DNA from: Eledone cirrhosa
Taxonomy: Eukaryota
Assembly: GCA_964016885.1 (NCBI GenBank)
Contig: OZ024759.1
Location: 6,510,001-6,574,000, forward strand
Direction of reading: 5' to 3'
Length of the DNA: 64,000 nucleotides
Part shown: positions 13,805-25,503 of the stretch, in pieces
How positions within the stretch are numbered: the stretch's first letter is position 1
Layout of the letters: each line of letters starts with the position of its first letter
Position numbers and translations under genes: made by a program
The notes under the pieces: generated by a model
What the model saw: only the letters and a program-made list of their open reading frames with translations
Told to the model about the DNA's origin: nothing
Databases searched by the model: none

Positions 13805-14175
13805 GTGGCTCAGCTGAAAGGTTCATAGGCTGACCAAGATACTCTCATGGAATGACCAAATGAGGTTTATTTTTCAACATGCAAGATTTCACAGCGCTAG
13901 CATCACTCCTTCATAGGCTGACCAAGATACTCTCATGGAATGACCAAATGAGGTTTATTTTTCAACATGCAAGATTTCACAGCGCTAGCATCACTCCTTC
14001 ATAGGCTGACCAAGATACTCTCATGGAATGACCAAATGAGGTTTATTTTTCAACATAGTCTCATGAAAGAAACAACGCAGTTATTAATAAGAAGAGTTGA
14101 AATTAATGTATGCAAGATTTCACAACCCTAGCATCACTCCTCCATAGTCAGCCTATGAACATTCATCCCAGCCAT
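13805..14175. mobile_element. Non-autonomous DNA transposon (MITE) with ~30-bp imperfect TIRs, containing an 88-bp tandem repeat (~2.7 copies)
   Basis: Left ...tgaaaggttcataggctgac pairs with right gtcagcctatgaacattca (14147-14165). Internal unit starts at 13822, 13910 and 13998. Confidence 0.7.
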
Positions 14176-14723
14176 GTGTGTCTGGGTTAATTTAAAATCC
14201 TCCTTATTTTAAAGTCAAATATCTCCATAGACTCATCGGGGCTGCTTTCATGTGCACGACCCCTTCCCGCTTTTTTGCACACACACACACACCCCACACT
14301 CTCATCGCTGGTTGGTGTCTTGTGCACACCCCCAATCCCATCGGGGGCTGATTTTTTGTGCCCCCCACCCTACTCTCATCGGGGCTGATTTCTTGTGCCC
14401 CCCCCCCCCCCCCCCATTCTTGTGCTGAATCCCAACTAGAGCTGTTGTTTGCACTTGGCTTTTCAACAGCTCTTCACCACACATTGGTTTCACAATAGTA
14501 CTGGAGTCCCTATTATGAAACCACTTGACCTATAATATGACCTTGATGAGTCGCTCAACACCACTGAAACTAGAATAAACTCCTGCCTGATGAGTCACTC
14601 AACACCCATGAATCCCAGATAAGCTATCTGATGAGTCTTTAGGAGAACAGCTTGAGGCTTGTTGTTTTCTTTCTACCCTTCTCCCTTTGTCGACGTATTA
14701 TGACACTCTTATTGTTGTTCCAG

Positions 14724-14853
14724 TATCCATCACACCCGTTAGCTGTTTACCAAGTGTCGGGAGAATATTCCATGTTGTATTTTGCTGCCAAAGCTGGAGT
14801 CTTTAATCTAAAACAGGTTGTCTTGGAGACATTAACTGGGATGCGACGAGCAG
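14724..14853 (+). CDS. ALAD: ALAD coding exon, 130 bp: YPSHPLAVYQVSGEYSMLYFAAKAGVFNLKQVVLETLTGMRRA(G)
   Basis: Acceptor ttccag|, donor |gtaaat. P.AVYQVSGEY.M and RRAG motifs. Confidence 0.97.
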
Positions 14854-14875
14854 GTAAATACCTTCTTTGCTTCTT

Positions 14876-14962
14876 TTAACCCTTTCTGTTTAAACCGGCT
14901 ATACCTGGTATTGTTACGGTATTGTTCTCCAAATAAATATCAAAATCTCATAGATTTGATAG
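14876..14962 (+). mobile_element. Left part of a TTAA-CCCT (piggyBac-like) MITE running into the 60-bp array
   Basis: ttaacccttt...gtattgttctc..aaataaat..atcaaaatctcatagatt is collinear with the copy at 21294-21497. Confidence 0.75.
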
Positions 14963-17900
14963 TATGTGAGGTAAAGCCTTTACTGTGATAATACAATAGT
15001 ATATATAGAGTAATGTAAATGTTATGTGAGGTAAAGCCTTTACTGTGAAAATACAATAGTATATATAGAGTAATGTAAATGTTATGTGAGGTAAAGCCTT
15101 TACTGTGATAATACAATAGTATATATAGAGTAATGTAAATGTTATGTGAGGTAAAGCCTTTACTGTGAAAATACAATAGTATATATAGAGTAATGTAAAT
15201 GTTATGTGAGGTAAAGCCTTTACTGTGAAAATACAATAGTATATATAGAGTAATGTAAATGTTATGTGAGGTATTATGTGAGGTAAAGCCTTTACTGTGA
15301 AAATACAATAGTATATATAGAGTAATGTAAATGTTATGTGAGGTAAAGCCTTTACTGTGAAAATACAATAGTATATATAGAGTAATGTAAATGTTATGTG
15401 AGGTAAAGCCTTTACTGTGAAAATACAATAGTATATATAGAGTAATGTAAATGTTATGTGAGGTAAAGCCTTTACTGTGAAAATACAATAGTATATATAG
15501 AGTAATGTAAATGTTATGTGAGGTAAAGCCTTTACTGTGATAATACAATAGTATATATAGAGTAATGTAAATGTTATGTGAGGTAAAGCCTTTACTGTGA
15601 AAATACAATAGTATATATAGAGTAATGTAAATGTTATGTGAGGTATTATGTGAGGTAAAGCCTTAACTGTGAAAATACAATAGTATATATAGAGTAATGT
15701 AAATGTTATGTGAGCTAAAGCCTTTACTGTGAAAATACAATAGTATATATAGAGTAATGTAAATGTTATGTGAGGTAAAGGCTTTACTGTGAGAATACAA
15801 TAGTATATATAGAGTAACGTAAATGTTATGTGAGGTAAAGCCTTTACTGTGAGAATACAATAGTATATATAGAGTAATGTAAATGTTATGTGAGGTAAAG
15901 ACTTTACTGTGAGAATACAATAGTATATATAGAGTAATGTAAATGTTATGTGAGGTAAAGCCTTTACTGTGAAAATACAATAGTATATATAGAGTAATGT
16001 AAATGTTATGTGAGCTAAAGCCTTTACTGTGAAAATACAATAGTATATATAGAGTAATGTAAATGTTATGTGAGGTAAAGTCTTTACCGTGAAAATACAA
16101 TAGTATATATAGAGTAATGTAAATGTTATGTGAGGTAAAGGCTTTACTGTGAGAATACAATAGTATATATAGAGTAATGTAAATATTATGTGAGGTAAAG
16201 TCTTTACCGTGAAAATACAATAGTATATATAGAGTAATGTAAATGTTATGTGAGCTAAAGCCTTTACTGTGAAAATACAATAGTATATATAGAGTAATGT
16301 AAATGTTATGTGAGCTAAAGTCTTTACTGTGAAAATACAATAGTATATATAGAGTAATGTAAATGTTATGTGAGGTAAAGCCTTTACTGTGAAAATACAA
16401 TAGTATATATAGAGTAATGTAAATGTTATGTGAGGTAAAGCCTTTACTGTGAGAATACAATAGTATATATAGAGTAATGTAAATGTTATGTGAGGTAAAG
16501 ACTTTACTGTGAGAATACAATAGTATATATAGAGTAATGTAAATGTTATGTGAGGTAAAACCTTTACTGTGAAAATACAATAGTATATATAGAGTAATGT
16601 AAATGTTATGTGAGCTAAAGCCTTTACTGTGAAAATACAATAGTATATATAGAGTAATGTAAATGTTATGTGAGGTAAAGTCTTTACCGTGAAAATACAA
16701 TAGTATATATAGAGTAATGTAAATGTTATGTGAGCTAAAGCCTTTACTGTGAAAATACAATAGTATATATAGAGTAATGTAAATGTTATGTGAGCTAAAG
16801 TCTTTACTGTGAAAATACAATAGTATATATAGAGTAATGTAAATGTTATGTGAGCTAAAGCCTTTACTGTGAAAATACAATAGTATATATAGAGTAATGT
16901 AAATGTTATGTGAGGTAAAGTCTTTACCGTGAAAATACAATAGTATATATAGAGTAATGTAAATGTTATGTGAGGTAAAGCCTTTACTGTGAAAATACAA
17001 TAGTATATATAGAGTAATGTAAATGTTATGTGAGCTAAAGCCTTTACTGTGAAAATACAATAGTATATATAGAGTAATGTAAATGTTATGTGAGGTAAAG
17101 TCTTTACCGTGAAAATACAATAGTATATATAGAGTAATGTAAATGTTATGTGAGGTAAAGGCTTTACTGTGAGAATACAATAGTATATATAGAGTAATGT
17201 AAATATTATGTGAGGTAAAGTCTTTACCGTGAAAATACAATAGTATATATAGAGTAATGTAAATGTTATGTGAGCTAAAGCCTTTACTGTGAAAATACAA
17301 TAGTATATATAGAGTAATGTAAATGTTATGTGAGCTAAAGTCTTTACTGTGAAAATACAATAGTATATATAGAGTAATGTAAATGTTATGTGAGGTAAAG
17401 CCTTTACTGTGAAAATACAATAGTATATATAGAGTAATGTAAATGTTATGTGAGGTAAAGCCTTTACTGTGAGAATACAATAGTATATATAGAGTAATGT
17501 AAATGTTATGTGAGGTAAAGACTTTACTGTGAGAATACAATAGTATATATAGAGTAATGTAAATGTTATGTGAGGTAAAACCTTTACTGTGAAAATACAA
17601 TAGTATATATAGAGTAATGTAAATGTTATGTGAGCTAAAGCCTTTACTGTGAAAATACAATAGTATATATAGAGTAATGTAAATGTTATGTGAGGTAAAG
17701 TCTTTACCGTGAAAATACAATAGTATATATAGAGTAATGTAAATGTTATGTGAGCTAAAGCCTTTACTGTGAAAATACAATAGTATATATAGAGTAATGT
17801 AAATGTTATGTGAGCTAAAGTCTTTACTGTGAAAATACAATAGTATATATAGAGTAATGTAAATGTTATGTGAGCTAAAGCCTTTACTGTGAAAATACAA

Positions 17901-18048
17901 TAGTATATATAGAGTAATGTAAATGTTATGTGAGGTAAAGTCTTTACCGTGAAAATACAATAGTATATATAGAGTAATGTAAATGTTATGTGAGGTAAAG
18001 GCTTTACTGTGAGAATACAATAGTATATATAGAGTAATGTAAATGTTA
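14963..18048. repeat. 60-bp tandem array, ~51 copies, filling the last ALAD intron
   Basis: Unit tatgtgaggtaaagcctttactgtgaaaatacaatagtatatatagagtaatgtaaatgt. Single copies of the unit occur at ~21439-21493 and ~62230-62290. Confidence 0.97.
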
Positions 18049-18099
18049 GTTAAAACTAGCCTTAAAATCATAATATATTTTCTATATTATATATTCCAG

Positions 18100-18170
18100 G
18101 TGCTGTTATGCTAATTACATATTTTGCACCTGATGTCCTAGACTGGTTATCTAATCCAAGTAAAAAGTGA
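18100..18170 (+). CDS. ALAD: ALAD terminal coding exon: (G)[22 protein letters not shown]-stop
   Basis: Acceptor attccag|, phase compatible with the previous exon. GA..ITY..P..L.WL matches the ALAD C-terminus. TGA at 18168-18170. Confidence 0.93.
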
Positions 18171-18442
18171 ATTACGGCAACAACAAACAGGATATTTTTC
18201 ACACAGCCCAAATCTCAACAAAACACCACCACCACCACCACCAACCATCCATGTTTTTCTTTGGGGGAGGGGGGGAGTGACTGATGTTGATGATGATGAT
18301 GAAGAAGCAAATCTTCATTTTTGTTTGTTTTGTAATCCCCCCCCTCCTCTGTATATCATTCATATCATCATTATTATTATTATTATTATTGTAGAAAAAA
18401 GGATTTTCACTAAAAATGTTTTTTTTTTGTTGGTCACGGATG

Positions 18443-18457
18443 ATACATATGTGTATA

Positions 18458-18533
<76 letters not shown>

Positions 18534-18608
18534 TAGATATATATATATATACATATATAGATATATATATATATATACATATATAGATATATATATATAC
18601 ATATATAG

Positions 18609-18657
<49 letters not shown>

Positions 18658-18658
18658 C

Positions 18659-18697
<39 letters not shown>

Positions 18698-18710
18698 CAT
18701 ATATATATAC

Positions 18711-18749
<39 letters not shown>

Positions 18750-18762
18750 CATATATATATAC

Positions 18763-18837
<75 letters not shown>

Positions 18838-18862
18838 CATATATATATGTATATATATGTAT

Positions 18863-18894
<32 letters not shown>

Positions 18895-19091
18895 GTATAT
18901 ATATATGTATATATATATGTATATATATATGTATATGTATATATATATATATGTATATATATATATGTATATATATATGTATATATATATGTATATATAT
19001 ATGTATATATATATGTATATATATGTATATATGTATATATATACATATATACATATATATATATACATATATATATATACATATATGTATA

Positions 19092-19129
<38 letters not shown>

Positions 19130-19423
19130 CATATATACATATATATACATATATATATACATATATATATACATATATATATACATATATATATATATAT
19201 GTATATATGTATATATATATACATATATATACACATATGTATATATATATGTATATATATGTATATATATATACATATATACATATATATATATACATAT
19301 ATACATATATATATATATATGTATATATATATGTATATATATATGTATATATATATGTATATATATATGTATATATATACATATATACATATATATATAT
19401 ACATATATATATATACATATGTA

Positions 19424-19471
<48 letters not shown>

Positions 19472-19511
19472 TATAAACATTTGTGTATATATATGAATAT
19501 TATTTGTGTTG

Positions 19512-19548
<37 letters not shown>
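18443..19548. repeat. ~1.1-kb compound (TA)n microsatellite with alternating CA- and TG-interrupted blocks
   Basis: Direct reading of the sequence. Confidence 0.95.
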
Positions 19549-19552
<4 letters not shown>

Positions 19553-19635
19553 TTTTATCTATGTATTTTCCATGCTAGCATGGGTTAGACAGGTTGTCCT
19601 GTGAGGCTAGGGAGGTCGTGACTAGCTCTCGCTTA

Positions 19636-19912
19636 TGTGGGTGTATGTATATGTATGTGTGTGTGTGTGTATGTGCGTGTGTATATGTATGTGTGTGTGT
19701 GTGTATGTGCGTGTATATATGTGTGTCTGTGTGTATATATGTGTGTGTGTGTGTGTGTATATATGTGTGTGTGTGTGTGTGTATATATATATGTGTGTGT
19801 GTGTGTATATATATATGTGTGTGTGTGTATATATATATATATGTGTGTGTGTATATATACATATATGTGTGTGTATATATACATATATATATATGTGTGT
19901 GTGTATATATAC

Positions 19913-19946
<34 letters not shown>

Positions 19947-20035
19947 GTATGTGTATATACATATATGTGTGTGTGTGTATATACATATATATGTGTGTGT
20001 GTATGTATGTATATATATATATATATATATATATA
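19636..20035. repeat. (TG)n/(TA)n compound microsatellite
   Basis: Direct reading of the sequence. Confidence 0.93.
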
Positions 20036-20352
20036 GTTTTTTTTGCAAGGTAAATTTTGAAGACGAATGTCAAATATGCTCCAATCTTTGTTCCTTTTAA
20101 TTATTTCCAAGTCATTTAATTAGGATTTGTTTAAATAATTATTCTTATTTTTATTTAGTTATATTTTAGCTAAAACAATTATTAGCTCAGGAAAAAGTCG
20201 TTAAGGTAGAGGTGCTAATGAATGTTTTTTAAAATTTCTGGAACTAGTTTATTTAATTAAAAAATTTGTAATTTGTTTTTTTTTTCTCTTCTCTTTTTCT
20301 ACCCCCCCCCCTTCATAAACTATCCAAGAATATGTGAATGTGTGTGTGTATG

Positions 20353-20390
<38 letters not shown>

Positions 20391-20477
20391 GGAGGTGAGT
20401 TTTATTGTAGTACAATAAAGCAATGCAGATATCGGATAAGAAGCACTCTACAGTTTGTAGGACTGGAGTATACATAA

Positions 20478-20801
20478 TATATAAGAACAAAAGATGGTTA
20501 AAGGAGTTCCATGTATTTTATTATGCGCATTTCAAAAACAAATATCATCATGCAATAATATTTGTGTTTTCATCAGATAAAACAGGATATGAAGGCTAAA
20601 AAACACTTGTGGATAGTTCAGTTTTAAATCAACATATGTTGATTTAAAACTGCACTATCCACAAGTGTTTTTTAACCTTCATATCATGTCCTCCTGTTTT
20701 ATCTGATGAAAACACAAATATTATTGCATGATGATATTTGTTTTTGAAATGCGCATAATAAAATACATGGAACTCCTTTAACCATCTTTTGTTCTTATAT
20801 A
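20478..20801. repeat. Spacerless ~324-bp palindrome (foldback element)
   Basis: Centre aacat|atgtt at 20635/20636. Arms of 158 and 166 bp differ by 2 mismatches and one 8-nt indel. Confidence 0.93.
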
Positions 20802-20975
20802 AATATATATATCTGTGTGTGTGTATATACACACACACATTGTAGTCTAGTGGCTGATATACTTGTATAAACAAGCGACTAGGAACCCCCCCAGACAGAT
20901 AAATGTTTCCTTTACAAAACAATGATCTTGTTTGGACCTATTGAGAAATCCCAATCAATATAAGTATATATTACT

Positions 20976-21198
20976 AAGGATGGTGGAATGCCAGAATCGC
21001 TAGAGCGTCGCACTAAATGCTTTGTAGCATTTAGTTAGAACTTCCTATGACGTGACTTCCAGTCTTGCTGAGGTCAACTTTACCGTTCATCCTCTCCAGG
21101 GTCGACAAAATAAAGTAGCAGTCAAGTACTGGGGTTGATTTAATGAACTTTGCCTTTCTGACCCCCTCCCCCCAAATTTGCTTAAATAAGAAATCAAT
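20976..21198 (+). mobile_element. SINE family B, diverged copy
   Basis: ggtgg..tgccagaatcg head, then gaggtcaacttt.cc.ttcatcct...gggtcgacaaaataaagta.cag and ctggggttgatttaat, shared with the copies at 22060, 22830, 25187 and 27300. Confidence 0.7.
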
Positions 21199-21293
21199 AT
21201 ATATAGAAATTAATTTAAAATTTAGGCTAGATATATCTAGCTGGAATTAACCCCAGTTTTCAAATATTTGCTGTGTTCTTGGGTAAATATTAT

Positions 21294-21497
21294 TTAACCC
21301 TTTAGGGTTTAAACTGGCCATATCAGGCCAGAATTCTCTCACCTCTTTCTGTTCAAACTGGCTGTAGCCAGCCACTCATACTGATGTTAAGGTATTGTTC
21401 TCAAAATAAATAACATCAAAATCTCATAGATTCAATATTATGTGAGGTAAAGCCTTTACTGTGAAAATACAATAGTATATATAGAGTAATGTGAAAG
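21294..21497 (+). mobile_element. TTAA-CCCT MITE, unexpanded copy of the parent of the 60-bp array
   Basis: ttaaccctttagggtttaaactggccatatcaggccagaattctctc... contains one 60-bp monomer. The homologous copy at 62124 ends agggttaa. Confidence 0.8.
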
Positions 21498-22059
21498 TTT
21501 GGGGTTTGAGAATGTTTTTAAATTAATTGGGGCATTTATGAAAATATAATTTCTTTATTAAATGGAACAAATTACTGCGGTTCTAAAAACATTTCATGTA
21601 GGAACCTTTAAGTTATGTTCCAAACACTAAATTAATGAGAAACATGTTTCTAATGAAATATTTTTAATGAAAGGGCTAAAGTGTTTACACTTATCTAAAA
21701 ACCTCCCATTGTAATTTTATGTATGAACCTTTGTTAAGTTATGTTCCAAACTCCAACTAAATAATCATAATGTCAGTTATATTACTAAATCTCTCAAATG
21801 ATCTGAGAATTATAGGAAGTATCCTTCACTAGAAATACGGTTAGGAAACAGTTAAGGAAGGAAACTAAATATGTGCATACAGACCCACACAACTAGTTTT
21901 AACTGGATTAAACCTGAGTGGTAGTTTATCAGGAAGTGTCATTGAGCCATACTTGACACACTTAAGGTGCGACCACAACAATGACATCAAGATGTTGTGG
22001 TAATATCTGATTGTTACATCATCCTATATACTGATTCTTCCTTTATGGAGAGAGACATT

Positions 22060-22280
22060 AGGGGAGTGGAATGGCACAATTGCTACTGGGTCGGACACCA
22101 TGCTTTGCAGAATAGAGTTATGGCCCTTTACGTTCTGAGTTCAAATCCCGTTGAGGTTAGCTTTACCTTTCATCCTTACGGGATTGATAAAATAAAGTAC
22201 CAGTAATACACTGGGGTCGATTTAATTGACTTTCCCCTCCCCAATTGCTGGCCTTGTGCCCAAAATAGAAATTATTATTA
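22060..22280 (+). mobile_element. SINE family B copy
   Basis: B-box gagttcaaatcc, then ttcatccttac, gataaaataaagtaccag and ggccttgtgcc, ending in an (att)n tail. Confidence 0.8.
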
Positions 22281-22289
22281 TTTAAACCA

Positions 22290-22829
22290 AGGGTGGTGGA
22301 TTGGCAGTATCGGTAGAGGGTCGGACACCATGTTAGGGCGGTGGATTGGCAGTATCGGTAGAGGGTCGGACACCATGTTAGGGCGGTGGATTGGCAGTAT
22401 CGGTAGAGGGTCGGACACCATGTTAGGGCGGTGGATTGGCAGTATCGGTAGAGGGTCGGACACCATGTTAGGGCGGTGGATTGGCAGTATCGGTAGAGGG
22501 TCGGACACCGTGTTAGGGCGGTGGATTGGCAGTATCGGTAGAGGGTCGGACACTGTGTTAGGGCGGTGGATTGGCAGTATCGGTAGAGGGTCGGACACCG
22601 TGTTAGGGCGGTGGATTGGCAGTATCGGTAGAGGGTCGGACACCGTGTTAGGGCGGTGGATTGGCAGTATCGGTAGAGGGTCGGACACCGTGTTAGGGTG
22701 GTGGATTGGCAGTATCGGTAGAGGGTCGGACACCATGTTAGGGTGGTGGATTGGCAGTATCGGTAGAGGGTCGGACACCGTGTTAGGGTGGTGGATTGGC
22801 AGTATCGGTAGAGGGTTGGACACCATGCT
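22290..22829. repeat. 45-bp tandem array (12 copies) formed from the 5' head of a family-B SINE
   Basis: Unit gggcggtggattggcagtatcggtagagggtcggacacc(a/g)tgtta. The same head occurs once, on the minus strand, at 27450-27487. Confidence 0.95.
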
Positions 22830-22980
22830 TTAATGCATAGTTACGGCCCTTGCCATTCTGAGTTCAAATCCCACCGAGGTTAACTTTGCCTTTCATCCTT
22901 ACAGGGTCGATAAAATAAAGTACCAGTAATACACTGAGGTAATTGCTGGCCTTGTGCCAATAGAAGAAACAATTATTATT
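22830..22980 (+). mobile_element. Body and tail of the family-B SINE whose head is amplified
   Basis: B-box gagttcaaatcc at 22860-22871, followed by the family-B body. Confidence 0.85.
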
Positions 22981-23240
22981 AAACCACTCTACTTGGGTTG
23001 AATTGTCTTACCTAGTGTGAAGGTAGTACAGTGGTAGTGTAGTACAGTGGTAGTGTGGTAGTTGTGGTGGTAGTACAGTGGTAGTTGTTGTGGTAGTACA
23101 GTAGTGTGGAACTTTTGGCAGCTGTTTTCTATATTTAATATATTATTATTTATATTTTGTTTTGGTCAATTGTTGAATTTGAGTGTATATATATATATGT
23201 ATGTTTGAGTGTGTATATTTATATATATATGTATGTATAT

Positions 23241-23586
23241 GGAGGCACATGGCTTAGTGGTTAGAGGATTGACCTTGCAATCGAAAGGTTGTGAGTTCAA
23301 TTCTCAGACCGGGTGATGTGTTGTTTCCTTGAGCAAGACACTTTATTTCACATTGCTCCAGTTTACTCAGCTGTAGAAATGATATGATAGGGACTGGGGT
23401 CCCTATGGTCCCTATCATTCCACTGCAAAGTGGTCGTGGGGGTGCCACGCAAAAAAGCACCCAGCACTCACTGTAAATGAGGTTGGTGTTAGGAAGGGCA
23501 TCCAGCTGTAGAAATCAAGCCAGAATCAGTTCCCGTCCCACCCTTGCAAGCAGGGAAAAGCGGACGTAAAATGATGATGATGATGA
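23241..23586 (+). mobile_element. tRNA-derived SINE family A with an RTE-LINE-derived 3' tail and (TGA)n end
   Basis: A box tggcttagtgg, B box gagttcaattc, CORE-like ccttgagcaagacacttta. The tail at 23452-23522 is essentially identical to the LINE 3' UTR at ~25830-25900 (minus strand). Confidence 0.8.
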
Positions 23587-23587
23587 T

Positions 23588-23890
23588 ATATGTTGTGTAT
23601 ATATATCTATGTATGTATGTTTGAGTGTCTATATAGGTATATATATATGTTGTGTATATATGTATATATATGTGTGTATGTATGTTTGAGTATATATATA
23701 TATGTTGTGTATATATATGTATGTATGTTTGAGTGTATATATATATATATATATATATGTTGTGTATATATATATATGTTTGAGTGTATATATAGGTATA
23801 TATATGTTGTGTATATATATGTATGTATGTTTGAGTGTATATATGTTGTGTATATGTATGTTTGTGTATACATGTATGTTTGTGGTGTAT
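23588..23890. repeat. Degenerate ~45-55-bp TA/TG-rich minisatellite
   Basis: atatgttgtgtatata...gtatgtttgagtgt recurs about six times. Confidence 0.75.
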
Positions 23891-24261
23891 ATCATTTTAC
23901 AAGTCTGACCTATTATTTAAACAAGGAAGTTCTACTACTTCTATCAAATCTGTTGGTCATCTTTTCTAGGACCCAGTTTGACCCCTAGTCCCTCCCCCCC
24001 ACCTCACACACTTTACATATTTAAAACTGATTTTTATTTTTCCTAACCTCCTCCCCCAATCATTACCCTCCCTCCCTGTTCCCCCCTCTCTGCCCCTTCA
24101 TTCCCCTCTCACCACTAACGATACCTCCCCCTCTCATACACCAGACACTTGGTATTGATGGTGTCTTCATCACTGCACCCAACCACACTCTGCTCCACCC
24201 CTCCCTGTTCCCCTACCACACCCCACTGCACCATTTGTCTAAATTATAATAATTATTGTTG

Positions 24262-24430
24262 GATGGTGAGGCCGGTGGATTGGCAGAGTTACGTCCCTTT
24301 ACGGCCTGAGGTTAGCTTTGTCTTTATGGGGTTGGTAAACTACCAGTAATGTATTGGGTTTATTTAATTGACTTTCCCTTCCCTCCCTTAAAATTGCTGC
24401 CCTTGTGCCTATTAAAGAAAGAATTATTAT
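24262..24430 (+). mobile_element. SINE family B, internally deleted copy
   Basis: ggtggattggcag head, gaggttagctttg, taccagtaatgta, ccttgtgcc. Confidence 0.6.
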
Positions 24431-25103
24431 AAACTATATAGTATGATGGTGATGGTGATGGTGATGGTGATAGTATGATTTTCTAAAAAAAAAAATTAAA
24501 AGACAAAAAAAAAACTAAAAATAATATTTAGTTTTCAGCAATGAAAATGTGATGTATTTTATGGCTTGTAATGTAAATAGTTTGGGTAGTGATGGTGGTG
24601 GGGTTGAGGCTAGGGGTGGGTAGTGGTGGTGGTGTGGAGGGTAACATCTTTTTAGAGAACATTTTTTTTTTGTATTAGTAGATAATCTCTGCCTCTCCCT
24701 CGTCCATTGACATCACTCCAATCTGTTCCTGCCCTCCCCATCTTTCTCCAGATGTAATATGTATGAATACAATCCCCTGCCAATCTCTCGTCATTCTCTT
24801 CCCGCCCAACCAGCCCTCTCCAGATGTAATCTCCCTAGATATAACCTAATACATTTCTCTTTCTCTCTCTCTCCAGATGGTATATATATATATATATATA
24901 TATATATAACACACACACACCTCCCCCTGACTCTCTCTCGCCATCCCAACATCTTCCCACAACCCTCCCCCATGTGTATGAAATGTAAATAGAATTACCT
25001 GTATATTGCATATTTTGATATATATTTGTCAGAAGAAAAACAAAAATATAGAATAAAATTTTTATGTATCACAAAGTTTCTTGTTTTTATTTTATTGTTG
25101 TAA

Positions 25104-25355
25104 TGCCCTGGGGTCGATTTAATCAATTTTCCTTCCCCCAAAGTTGTTGGCCTTGTACCTATAGTAGAAATCATTTTTATTATTGTTAAGGTGGTGGATT
25201 GATCAGACACCTTGCTTTACAGCATAGAGTTACGGCCCTTTATAGTCTGAGTTCAAATCCTGCTGAGGTTAACTTTGCCTTTCATCCGATAAAATAAAGT
25301 ACCAGTAATGTACTGGGGTAATTAATGGCCTTATGCCTAAATCAGAAACAAGAAT
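25104..25355 (+). mobile_element. SINE family B: a 3' fragment followed by a near-complete copy
   Basis: ctggggtcgatttaatc...ggccttgtacc, then aaggtggtggatt...gagttcaaatcc...gataaaataaagtaccag. Confidence 0.7.
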
Positions 25356-25469
25356 TGTTTGTTTATATTTACTGTTTTTATTTCTTTATTTATTGTGTAA
25401 AATTACAAACCTCCCCCACCCTCCATGGGAGAAAACTGACAAAATGATAAAATAGAACATAAAATACCT

Positions 25470-25502
25470 GTAATCCTCTAGCATTTAAACTGGCCATATC
25501 AG
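25470..25502 (+). mobile_element. Isolated left end of a TTAA-CCCT MITE, interrupted by a SINE
   Basis: taatcctctagcatttaaactggccatatcag aligns with 21295-21325. Confidence 0.55.
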
Positions 25503-25503
25503 T

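Noticed and set aside
14940-18071. 222-aa and 802-aa minus-strand ORFs
   Set aside because: Products of the 60-bp (20-codon) MITE-derived array inside an intron.
18100-18120. GAVMLITY instead of the usual GADIIITY as a sign of pseudogenisation
   Set aside because: This position varies among ALAD orthologs, and all splice sites, phases and both catalytic lysines are intact.
18199-20110. YI/IY/CV-rich ORFs
   Set aside because: Translations of dinucleotide microsatellites.
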